A stretch of DNA of 41,314 nt from Basidiobolus meristosporus CBS 931.73 (Eukaryota > Fungi > Basidiobolomycota): assembly GCA_002104905.1 (NCBI GenBank), contig MCFE01000735.1:1-41314 (forward strand), written 5' to 3'. The notes beneath the pieces were generated by a model. That model saw only the letters and a list, made by a program, of their open reading frames with translations, was not told where the DNA came from and did no database searches. Shown piece by piece: positions 1 through 11,700 of the stretch. Every line of letters starts with the position of its first letter. Position 1 is the stretch's first letter. A program made the translations under genes and the position numbers.

Positions 1-744
1 AACATATTCAAGATATTCCAAGGAAGTACTAAATGTAAGAACGCAAACTGGTAGCTACCTCAGCAGAGACACACCTTAGCTTGGTCAAAACTCAGCCAAA
101 TCAAGAGAGCATTGTTCTATTTGAAAGCCACAAACTCCCTTACCAATCTAAAGTTTGGAGACTGATTTATATCATGCTTGCAGCATGTCTGTATATCTCA
201 TATTCAATGGGAGTTGTCAGCCAGCATATTCAGAACTATGGATCTGATCACATTGCAGCTGTTGAGTGGCTTTTTAGACACCTAAAGGGAGCTGTTGATA
301 TCTGCTTAGGGTACACCTATGAGGATTCAGAGCAAGATTTTGAGGGATACTCCAATGCTAACTGGGGACAAAATTTAGAAGACAGATGATCCACCACAGA
401 GGCAGAGTATATGGCAGCCTGTGAAGCTACCAAAGAAGCAATGTGGATAAGAAAGCTTTTTAAAGACTTAGGCTTATGTCAAGAAATACTTTTACTATAT
501 TTTAAGATAATCAAAGATGTATACAATTAGGTAGAAATCCAACTTTTCATGCTAGAACCAAGCACATAGAGATTAGACATAATTGCATATGTAAAGCTAT
601 AGAGAATAACTTAGCTAACTAAGTTTACTGTCCTACAGGTGAAATGATTGCAGACTTATTTATCAAACCATTAGCTAGAGACAAGTTTGAATATCTTAGG
701 TCTAAATTAGGACTAGTGAGTATGAGCATTTAGTTGAGTGGGAG
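1..744 (+). mobile_element. Degenerate Ty1/copia internal 3' remnant (end of RT plus RNase H), with polypurine tract at 736-744
   Basis: Translations give FEGYSNANWGQNLEDR*STT..EAEYMAACEATKEAMWIRKLFKDLG and HARTKHIEIR, which are copia RNase H motifs with stops and deletions. GAGTGGGAG lies immediately before the LTR TG. Confidence 0.9.
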
Positions 745-1093
745 TGTGGTAAAGATTTGTAATTCCACCCAAATATCCACCTCACTTAGTCACTAAGATC
801 ATTACCTTCAAATCCTAGAGAATACTGACCAAATTCCTTGTTGGGGTTTACTAAAAATATTTTCACAAAAATATCGGGTACCCAGAGCATGAAAATTTGA
901 TAAGTTGCCCAAGCAGCACCAAGCTTTGCACATATGTTCCTAGGACCTTCCTAAGCCTACTCCACATGTCTGTTATGCCAAGACCAGGTAAGAGTATAAA
1001 AACTACTTTTACATTCAATAATACATTAAGTGAAAACCACACACTCTACTTGTTCTCCCAATCACTTCCAATATCTCCAATACTCTTACAACA
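745..1093 (+). mobile_element. 3' LTR of the copia family (about 349 bp, TG...CA)
   Basis: Starts TGTGGTAAA right after the PPT and ends CTTACAACA. Colinear with the LTRs at 29282-29630 and 31171-31519. Confidence 0.9.
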
Positions 1094-2122
1094 AAGGGGA
1101 GGTAGAGAAATGAAATGCAATTTGGTAAATTGGTGTAGTTACATTATAGAGGCAAAGCAATAGGTGGATATGGAGCTATCATCAAGCTGCAAGAAGTCCT
1201 CTTTAAGGCTGCCAAAACACCATCAAGTTTTTCATCATAAAAGGCAATTTGATGTGTAGGCTAGCTTGGCACTATCAAAATGCTGTTAGCCACCAGAAGG
1301 CTGTTATAAGGCTATATATTAAAACATGATCAAGTGTTTTCACTAAATTAGGCAGTCCAGACAGCAAAACACTGTTAAGATCCCTTCATAAATCCATTGA
1401 GATGGCTGATCTGGATTGGATCCACCTACAGGATCAAGTTATTTTTCATGGTTCAGTCAGCCCATTTCAGAACATTTTCTCATTTCACCTGGATATGATA
1501 GCTACATCAGCCACTTGGGTATTAGGCTAGCAGATGATTATGATAATCCTGCTTCTGAGGGTGGTATTTGGGCAAGATCCATATGCACATACCTCCCAAA
1601 GAAAAACTCTATCTTTGGCAGTAGTATAACTCTGGCTAGTTGATCTTATTCTACACAGAGAAAGTGCAGAGTCCAGAGAGACTTAAGTGGTTAGTCAATG
1701 AATTGTAATAAGTAACACAGAGGGCTACATATATGTATACATGCTCCACCAACATCAGGAGATAGTTGTTTACACCTCATATCACAGAATCCAACTTTTG
1801 CCCTGGGGCAAGATTTCATGACTTGGAACAACCCGGGCAGCCATTGTATTACAAGGAGAGCTGGGGCTTGCTGGTGATTTGGGGATTCATATTTGTTTGT
1901 GGGTAGGCTTTTCATCACCCACTACACCGCGGACCAACTTCAGGGCCATTATCAATTAGACAGGGATGCTTGGGGAGTAGGGAATTCAGAGTGATGCGAA
2001 TATAATGGCCGGCACATCACACTGGCAAGTTTGTTAAACAAGGCATAGCGATTCTACAGAAAAGCATCGACTTGGCGAAAGCATGTGGCCGATGAGAAGG
2101 TTTATTGTCGTGGTCGGGGGGA

Positions 2123-3212
2123 CTAAGATTTGGCCTCAAGGTCGTAGCTAAGTTGGTCCAGTTGGAACTCGTCGATGACCGATTGCTGGAGGAGGGGAAG
2201 GAAAGCACGGGTTAGATGAGGTGGATGATGCCAGTGGAGGAGGAGCCGCCTACCTCGGTGTGATCCCATAGGGAGAATCCCTTCCCGTCGGAGCGGCTGG
2301 GAAGGCGACCGAGCTCCTTTCCGTTTCGGATCAGGACCACGGTGGGTAATTCGAGGGTAGTGCTGGACGTACTCACGTCGTAGGTGGCGGCCACTTCGGG
2401 GTACTTCTCAACATCGATTTTGCCTGGGGGTCGCAAGTAGGATTAGTCTTGGCCGGAATGAATCTCCTCACCAGGCCAACGCTTACCAAACTTCAATCCA
2501 TCACTCGTGTAACTAAGAGGTTGGGTTAGTACGACCATCCTGGGGGAGGGGAGCTAACAATCACGCTTACGCTAAAGATAATTTGGCAAAAGGGACCTCG
2601 AAGTACTGACATTTGGGTGACCAGGGCACTCCTAGCAACACCACCCAAGCCAGCTCCTTACCATCCCCCTTCAGGGTATCTTCTATCCCCTGGGCCAATT
2701 CCTCGCTGCTCAACTCCACGATCTTGCTGGGGCCTTGATAAGATGGCTGGGGGAAGAGGATGAACAATGCTTGGACGGGTGAGTAACCAAGGCCCAGGTG
2801 GCTTTCGGGGGGTCGAACCTGGACTTACCTGTCCACACGCCAAGATAGCATAGGATCAGCTTCCACGCCCCGTAAAAGTACAACAGAAGTAGCCCCCCTA
2901 CTTTGGCGTAGAGGAAGCCTACGGAGAGAAACTCCTCCGCCGAGCCGGTTTTACGAAACTTCAGGAGGATGAAAAAGCCGACGCCCAGATAGATGCGTTG
3001 CTCCGTCTTCCGAGCAGGTGGGGAGAAACGGTGAGCACGAGACTCTGTCTGAAGGTTACCAAAGGGCCTACCGTGGTCTGCGCTTCGCTTGGTTCCGAAA
3101 ATAGCAGGGCGCTACATAGCGCAGGTACGAGCCGGATCACAAACGGCGCCAAGGAAAGGAGGAGATTACTGATGTAATGGGGTCTAAACAACCGTTGTAC
3201 CAACTCGGACAT
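2123..3212 (-). CDS. TMX2: Thioredoxin-related transmembrane protein 2-like (spliced, about 6 exons)
   Basis: Spliced reading: MSELVQRLFRPHY..., membrane segment LYAKVGGLLLLYFYGAW..., FPQPSYQGPSKI, WVVLLGVPWSPKC (SxxC), LKFGKIDVEKYPEVAATYDVSTSSTTLELPTVVLIRNGKELGRLP. GT-AG introns carry CTAAC/CTAAT branch sites. Stop at 2123-2125 and AATAAA at 2101-2106 (minus). Confidence 0.85.
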
Positions 3213-3443
3213 GGTCGTAGCGGTATGATGTTCAATGGTGGGGCCTTGCACATGTCATGCGTTTTGGCTGGATCCATTCGTGAATAAGGGATGGTTAACT
3301 CTTGTTTAGCAGGACCATGGATTTAGTCAATTGGCTAAGGGTAGAGATCAGCCGCATGATTCAACCGCTATTCAAAAGTGCGTGGAACGGCTATATTCCT
3401 CAACGGCACTCTGATCGCTTTACGTAGTTAATTTAGTTATACG

Positions 3444-6400
3444 ATGTTATCGGCCAAAGCGATCCAAATAGAAAAAGACATAAACACAGCTAGATGTCAG
3501 GCCAACTGGCCGGCCATTCCCGAACTGGCACGACGCTTCAAGAAACACAACCCGGCGGGTGCTGGTGAACTATTCAGTATAAACCATCTCCACCTGAGAT
3601 TGCCCATTTTTGACCCATCCATATCCACCTTTAGCACTCTCAGAAACCATCCTTGCGGAGAGCGCGCTCTCTCAAGCCGCCGATCGACGCCCAAACCTAC
3701 CGTCCGAAGCATTCGACCAGGACGACGCCCAAACCCTCATTTTACCACAGAACCTCTCGGAGGCGGAGGTCACCGCGCCACGGGAGCAACTGAAAGGTGC
3801 CCTGAACGGCTCCAGCGGGGATATGAAGCAGGTTTGTTCGCGCTTTCCATCTCATGATGTTTCCGGCGAGAGGCCCCTTCTCTTTGGACAACTCGGCTGA
3901 CAGGATTTTGGGAAAGGACACCACAATCGTGCTCGCGCGAACCTTCTTCGAGGCCGGCTCGTTCAGCGAATGTCTAGACACTCTCAACGCCCTCCCGGAC
4001 CAGTTCGAGAAAACCCCTATTGTCGGGTACTACGTTAACCTACACGTCCAACGCCTAGTGATGAAGGGTAAGAAAGGCTTCTGTGGTATCATGATCGGCC
4101 GGCCATTGATGTATCTTCCTAGGCATCTCGTTGGAGCAGGTCGGCAGAACAGAGGAGGCCCTTGGCGTATTGAATACCCTACGCGAAGTGGTCGGTAAAG
4201 GCGACTTGGAAAACGCACCGCCACTGAATTATTGGGTTGAGGAAGGCCTCTACAGAGCGCCCTTTTTGCACTTGAGAGTCGGGTATGGGAACCGCCACCA
4301 TCAGCATCGTTGTCCATCGGCTCACCCTTGCCTTCATCCAGTCAACTTGAACAAGCGTTCGAGGCATTCAGACTCTATTACTCGCAATCCATCAAGTGGC
4401 CACCCGCCTTCAAGGTGTACAAACGACTCCAGATCCTCAAACAATTCATCGCGCATCTCTCCCAGGCGTATCGCAAGGGGGACTACGTCCCGCCCAACAT
4501 CCCTACCTCAGCATCCGCCAAGTATGTAGCGATCAGTTGATTGGATCAGTCTCCTCATCCAGATAGCTCACCACCATACCCCCAAGCAACCTATCCACAG
4601 TGTACACCCCGCAAACGTTCCGTCAAGAGATCTCGGCCGTCCACTCGGCGTACGAGACGCTTCTTTACTCGGTAACAAGCTTTCCCAAGGCAGGCCAGGT
4701 CAACCAAAAGGTCTTAGACATGGTGGAACAAGTGGTCAAGGACTGGGAGACCATGAACGGCGGCAACACCTCGCACACCCGACAGCTTGTTGACGTAAGA
4801 CACCCTCCCCACACGAACCTTAAGCATTCCCAGGATTGACTGACGTCGATTTAGATTTTGTATCGGGCAACGCTGTACACATTCAACTCGCCTTGCATTC
4901 TTCGGCATCTGGTGAAGAGCCTCTATGACTTGGGCGAGTACACTGAGGCGGAGATGGCCATCCACTCCTACATCGAACTCACCGAGAAGACGGCGTTCGA
5001 AGTCGAATGTCGTATGAAGAACTCTGCCTTCTCTGAAGAGACCCTGTACGAAGGGCTTGAGGTAGAGAATGTGGTCGACAGGATCGAAGTGTTAGTAATA
5101 GGAGCCGCATTGAAAGCGAAGGAACTTCAAAAGGTTCTCCCCGGTAACCAATCACCATCAGTCAGCCTCGCAATAGCTAATGTTTGTTCTTGCTCGAGTA
5201 GCCACAAGAGAGCATGCCCCTTGTCGAAAAGCTGCTGCTGCTCGCCACCTTCCCCGATGTCCCCAACGCCCTGAAGGCGAAGGCCTGGCAGACCGCTGGC
5301 TTGGTGTACGGCCTGGTCACAAATGAAGGTAACCTTCGGTCGCCATGGAGTCTACTACTCGCCGAGGCCTTACGACTAACCGCACCTTGGTTACAGCTCT
5401 GGATCCCTCCGAACGACCTCGCTTCCATAAGAAGGCGCTAGATGCGCTAATGACCGCGATCAGCTTCGCGGCGGACGACCCAATGACCCATTATCTCCTC
5501 GCACTTCAACACGCGGAAGGTCGAGAGATCGGCCCGGCCATTGAAACTATCAAGCAAGCCCTTGAACTCGACCCAGGCCATCTCCCGTCATGGCACCTTC
5601 TGACTTTGCTGCTATCCTCGCAAAAAGAGTACCAGGCGGCGTTGAAGATATGCGAGGTGGGGCTCAGTGAATCGGAGTGGGATCTCAGCGAAGGGGTTAC
5701 CGAATACCCACCCAGCTTCTCGGCGAACCGCACCGAAGGTGAGGATTACTGGGCGCTCAAGCTTACTCAAGCGGCCCTTATGGAGGTTCTGTTCGGGACG
5801 GAACAGTCGTTGCATCAATATGGCACCCTTTTTTACCTCTACGGAAAGATCTTCGGCGAGACATCGGCCACCGGAAGCACCAGTGACTTCGGAAGCTCGT
5901 CGAGCCTGCGCAAGAAAGAACTTGACGACCTGAGCTTGCAAACGGATCCCAACGTCAGCTATCTAACGGTGAACAGCGCCCAAGATAGGCGGATCCGGTC
6001 GAACTCGTTATCCACGAGACTTGGTAGAGGTGAGTAAGTCGACAACCGTGCCCAATCCAACACGAATCGGACTAACCATGAGCTAACCAACCCCCAGGGT
6101 CGGTCAAATCCGCGGTGCACTTGCACAAAGGATCTAGCTCCTCCGTTCGTCTCAACGCCTCCTCACCTATCCCCGATAAACCCTCGGGTATGCTCGCCAA
6201 ACCTACGGAGAAGTCTATCCTCAGAAGGGAAAAGGCCATCCATTCACTCACGGAACTATGGCTTATCTCCGCCTCGGCATTTCGTCGAGCCGCCAAGTAC
6301 GATGACGTCCGACAAGCATTGGACGAGGCGGAGAGCACCGACTCCAGCTCGCCCGATGTTTGGTGCCAGGTAGATTGAGACCCCCTCCTCCCACATGCGA

Positions 6401-6818
6401 GAATCCAACGTCAACTAACCCACCCCTTTGCGTCTCCAGTTCGGCCAGCTGTTCTTCGATCAGAAAGACAGCGAGTTGGCAGTAGTGAATTTCCAAAAAG
6501 CACTGGCGCTGGATATCCACCACGTGCCCAGTATCGTTCAGCTTGCACGCACCTACATCCAAATGGAGAAGATCGAAACCGCCGAGGGGTTGCTTGCGAG
6601 TGTCACCAAGGGCAAGGGATGGGACTGTGCCGAAGCTTGGTAGGTCCATGGCGGTACCAGATGAAATGGAGCCAATGCTGACTTTACTCCACAGGTTTTA
6701 CCTAGGTATGGTGCTCAAGTCAACCGGACGCGCCGCCAAAGCTAAGGAATGCTTCTGGTACGCCCACGATCTTGAAGAGACACGACCTGTCAGAGCGTAC
6801 AACGTTCTAAGAAGGTAG
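3444..6818 (+). CDS. YPP1: YPP1/TTC7-like TPR scaffold of the PI4-kinase (Stt4/PI4KA) complex, multi-exon
   Basis: N-terminus IEKDINTARCQANWPAIPELARRFKKHN. TPR helices include HYLLALQHAEGREIGPAIETIKQALELDPGHLPSWHLLTLLLS. C-terminus CAEAW/FYLGMVLKSTGRAAKAKECFWYAHDLEETRPVR. Many short GT-AG introns. Confidence 0.85.
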
Positions 6819-6875
6819 TTCAGGGCTACGGAGAAATACCGGACCCCACCCACAAAAGAATGGATATCCATGACT

Positions 6876-6896
6876 ACCACCACCACCACCACCACC
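6876..6896 (+). repeat. (ACC)n/(CAC)n microsatellite downstream of YPP1
   Basis: accaccaccaccaccaccacc is visible directly. Confidence 0.85.
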
Positions 6897-7772
6897 TCCA
6901 CTACCATAGCCCTCGTCACAGCCACCCCCGCCCCCACCTCCACTACCATAACCGTAAACGTAACCAACCCGTACCTTGATCATAGAATTTGGGTGATAAC
7001 CAGTTAAGGAATTGTTGGGACAACTGCTGGATGTTTGGATGGGCGCTTAACACTGATCATCCTTATATTGTTTATCCATCTATCCCAACACATCGAAGCG
7101 TATAAAGCCTATTATGCATATCTAAACCGCGGGTTCCTTAATGTGATTTTCCATTACACCAGATAGGCGAGCGGTCACCCGTGTGCTGGATGAATACCTG
7201 ATTTGTGGAAGCGGTGGCAATCACGCGAAGTTGATCAAAAGACCCGCATACCATCCAGATACCGAATCGGCATTGTAATCACTCAGGGACCACATGTAGA
7301 TCCATGACCACCCAAAATGGTGGAGTGCATCACTGAACCCTTGTGGCGTGTGGTCAGCTTCATTTGACAGATATTATCTATCACGTAGCACCACCGAGCA
7401 AATAAAAATACCCCAAATTTACCATGGCTACCGGCCAATGGATTGGTCGGAGATGGTGGATTTCTAAGCAGCGTCGAAATTACCATCGATAGGTAAGATA
7501 GAACCATTTTGGTGAACATGAAAAGAATGTTCAGTACCGGATAAGGTTACTGATTTTACGGATTACGGGGATTACGGGGATTATCGGAGGGCTACTAGGA
7601 TTGCCATTTCCGCAAAGGGACACCCATCCACTGAGTCATTTTGCTTCATCCTATATATGGCTTGCCAGGCCGGATTTGGGAGATTCGCAACAAATAGACT
7701 AAGCACCATATTCTTAACCAGATCCACCAAGAAAATTGCTTTACCAAGTACAAAAAAACCCCCCGGTTCCCG

Positions 7773-7780
7773 TATAAATA
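7773..7780 (+). promoter_or_regulatory. TATA box of the 54-aa micro-ORF
   Basis: TATAAATA about 70 bp upstream of ATG 7848, followed by a pyrimidine-rich leader. Confidence 0.6.
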
Positions 7781-7847
7781 CGCAGCGCGGGGAAGCTTTT
7801 CTCAACACCCATCTGGTACCAACTCCATCTGCACCTTAGCCATCCAA

Positions 7848-8012
7848 ATGTTCGCCACACAAGCTATTCGCTCCACTGTCACTCGTTTCGCCTCCGAAGC
7901 CCCCAAGTTCGTCGTCATCGGGGCTGGTATCGCCGGACTAAGCTGGTACGGAAGCAAGATCGTTAGCGGTCAAGAGGTCTTCTACCTTAACTTCAAGAAG
8001 CAAACCGCCTAA
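7848..8012 (+). CDS. 54-aa small protein with a mitochondrial presequence-like N-terminus and one predicted TM helix (absent from the ORF track)
   Basis: MFATQAIRSTVTRFASEAPKFVVIGAGIAGLSWYGSKIVSGQEVFYLNFKKQTA*. Good start context (CCAAATG), strongly C-ending codons and an upstream TATA box. Confidence 0.7.
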   Translation: MFATQAIRSTVTRFASEAPKFVVIGAGIAGLSWYGSKIVSGQEVFYLNFKKQTA

Positions 8013-8732
8013 GCGGCTCCCTCATCATTCCTTGATTCTCGTCGGGATACCAAGCCTACCTGAGAGGGTCGAGAGGCTGTACATATCACTTAGAAGTCAC
8101 CAACCAAACAACTACTTACCAAATAATAAACTAATGTTGGGCCATTTACCTTATCAACGCCATATACTTTGTTCATATGATATATTCGCATCCCACATGG
8201 AATTCAGTTTAAGGTCGGACTTGTGGTCACGAGAGATGCGGGGTATGTGGCAGTAGCAATATTAAAGACCTCAGTGGATTTACCATGATTGGTAACGCGT
8301 GCGTAGATACCGCGTCAAAAGATTCTGAGGGGTGACCTGGAATGAGGTGTACCGGCTCGATCTATTCCAGGATACAGGTTATGCTGAGTTTTGTTTAGGT
8401 GATTAAGTGGGCATCAATATCCATCTGAACATTGATTGATGAATGCTACCGGCAAGAGCCTGATTGGACAGAATGACCTAGCTACGGCAGTAAGCAAGTA
8501 ACATCGACGTAATTCATGGGCTGCCGGAAGGCGGATTTGGATGATTGACATGGTCCCTTAATATTAACAAATGTCCCTCTAGATTTTAGTAAATACCTGA
8601 TCCTATGAAAGGTTTCAACGCTATCCCATAGAAAATCACATAGCCTTGACTGTCAGACAACTACTGAAATCTACCTACCTTCCACTCGACATTTTCCACA
8701 ACTCAGTCTGCTTTCCGAGAAAGTTCATCCAA

Positions 8733-11700
8733 ATGAGCTTGTTGACACGAGGCCCGAGAGTCAGAGGCTTCTGGCTACTGGTGCTGGCAGTATACTCGCT
8801 GATCGCCGGTACTGGGGCTGGTGATGTAACGGTTCGAAACACTGGCCTTACAAATTTACCAACCAAACTATTCTATTTCGAGGATTCGGGGGTAAGATAC
8901 GGCGTTACCGAGGCCCGCTGTACGTACGTAGCCCCGAAGTAAGCTAACCAAACCTTTCCGCCCAATAACAGGTGATATTGTACCTGGACACTACCTCCAG
9001 AACAGTCCTTCGTTCCGACAACGAAGGCGGCACTTGGTCCAAAGTATCCAACGTACCCGACAGCATCGCAACAGATATGTACAGTCATCCATATGACAAA
9101 CAGACGGTACAGTACTCTCTTCGTCGCGCAGCTCACACCTTCGCCACCCACTCATCCTTTTCACGCTTTCCCTACACCACAGGCCATAATCCTAACTGAA
9201 GACACCACCCATTACATTACGCATGATAGAGGAAGCACATGGACCTCATTTAAAACCCCGCTTCAGCCCTCCTTGAGTGGGCAGATTTTGAGTTTCCACG
9301 CCGAGAGGGGAGGGTACATCCTCTTTACCGGCTCCCGGTGTGAAGACGATGGATACCATCGCAAACAGCTATGTACGGACGAGGTAAGGATGTCTGGCAC
9401 CCAAAGGCACCCGAGCGGATAGAGGCTAACTGGAGGGTTGTTCAGACTTACTATACTAGAGATGCTTTCGCCACGGAGCCATCGCTCCTGAAGAAGAATG
9501 TGGAGAAATGTATCTGGGGGAGATCTACGCCATACTTTCAAAACGTTCCCGAGCAGCTGACGCTGTGTTTGGAGTACCTCGAGGGTTCCACCAGTACCTT
9601 AAGATTGGTCCAAAGCGAAGATTATTTCCGCAGCTTCACGGTGGTTCAGTTCAACGAGGAGGCGAGGGACATGGGTAGCGTGGTCGGCCTGTCCATCGTG
9701 GATAAGTTTCTCGTAGCCGCACTGGTAGATGCGAACCATCCTTCTCGTCGACGACCATGTGTTAACCTTCATCTCCTTACAGAAACACAAGAACTCCGAG
9801 GACATGAGTTTGTTTATTACCCAGGACGCGGTAGAGTGGGATATGGTAAGGGACCCGGACGTGGGAATCCAGGTGGATCCCATCCAACTAATCAACGCTT
9901 CTTTAGGCAAATCTTCCTATTCCGGATGGACTAAAACAGAACGTAAGTGGATGCTCCCCGCATCTCCATCTTGCTTCATGCATCCTTACTTATTACTGCA
10001 TCCAGGCCTACACCCTGCTGGAATCCTCCTCACATACACTTGTGATCGATGTTGTCACCTCGTCCAGCGCCAAGTTCGGCAACATGTTCGTCTCGAACTC
10101 GAACGGTAGCTTCTACACCAACTCGCTGGAGTACACCAACCGCAACGATAGAGGTATTGTTGACTACGAAAGGGTTCAAGGGGTGGAAGGCATTGTTCTA
10201 TCCAACATTGTAACCAATTGGAAGGCGGTCGATAGAAGCCAAGGGTACGCCGAGAAGGCCATCCAATCCAAGATCTCCTTTGATAACGGTAAGTCTAAGG
10301 CATCCTTCCTGGCCTGTTGCTCGAGGGTTCTGAACGAAATTCCTTCCAGGCGGCCATTGGCGCTACTTGAAACCCCCGAAGAGTGACTCTGAAGGGAACA
10401 GCTACCGGTGCAGTGGCGACGATATTGTGAGTACTTCATGGATAGGTTGATCGATCCTCGATGAGGCGTAGCTAACCAGCCATATCACAGCCAGGAAATT
10501 GTAACCTCCACCTCCACTCAGTCTCCAGACCTCACAACTACGGTAAAGTGTATTCCTCAGTAGGCGCGCCCGGGATCTTAATGGGTGTTGGAAATGTGGG
10601 CAAGGCTCTGCTGGCGTATGAGCAGGGGGACACTTTCTTGAGTGACGACGGTGGATTGACTTGGAGAGAGGTGGCCAAGGGCGCACACAAGTATGAGATG
10701 GGCGACACCGGCTCTCTGCTTGTCATGGTTGACGACGAGGCCTTCACCGACAAGGTGCTGTACAGCTCCAACCGGGGGAAGACATGGTAAGTGGTCGGAT
10801 AGCGAGAGTTTATTGGGGAATAGTGACCAACATCCATCGTACAGGAAAGAGCAAAGCCTGGGTGTCAGCGTTCGGGCGAAAATGCTAACCACCGACCCGG
10901 AGTCCACCACGTCCAGCTTTCTTCTAATCGCCACCGTCGCCAAAGACCAAGCCTCTGACTTTCCCCACGTCCTGTTCCAGCTTGACTTCGACAACCTCCT
11001 CGAACGGAAATGTGTGTTCGACGAGGACTCCGGAAACGGGGATTTCGAGAAATGGATCGCTCGGAATCTCGAGGACGGGCCTGACTGTATCATGGGCCAC
11101 ACCACCGCCTTCTGGAGAAGAAAGGCTGAGGCCCAATGCTACGTGGGGGAGAAATACAAGGATCCAGTGGTGATCGCCGAGAGTTGTCCATGCGAGGAGG
11201 AGGATTTCGAGTGCGACTACAACTTTGTTCGGGACGCTGAGGGGCGTTGTATCCAAGCGGGCTCAGAAAAGATCCCCCGAGGCCAGTGCAAGAACGCGGG
11301 TGACACATACCTGGCCTCATCCGGGTATCGAAAGATTCCTGGCAACACATGCGACCCGGAAAAGGGAAAGCGACTGGATGAGCCTGTAGAGAAGGAATGC
11401 CCCTCAAGCGGAAACTCTCCCGCTCCCGATTCCCCCAGCGGAGCAATCAGCCACCGCTCCACTGTACTCACCTCCCTGGTCGACGGGTACTTCTACTTCT
11501 CTGACTCTCCCGTAGTGCTGATCCGCACCAGAAATGGAGAAATCTGGAGAAGTCCAGATGAAGGTGCAAATTGGAAGCAGGTGCTAAAGGATAGCCCGGC
11601 GGTGATGTTGCTCATCATGCATGAGTGGGATAACCACCGCGCCTATTTCTTCACTGAAGACGGCAAGATGTTGGCCACCACGGACCGTGGGGAGACATTT

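Noticed and set aside
1094-1920. CpG-free stretch between the LTR and TMX2
   Set aside because: Probably a TE or pseudogene relic, but no recognisable motif was found in any frame.
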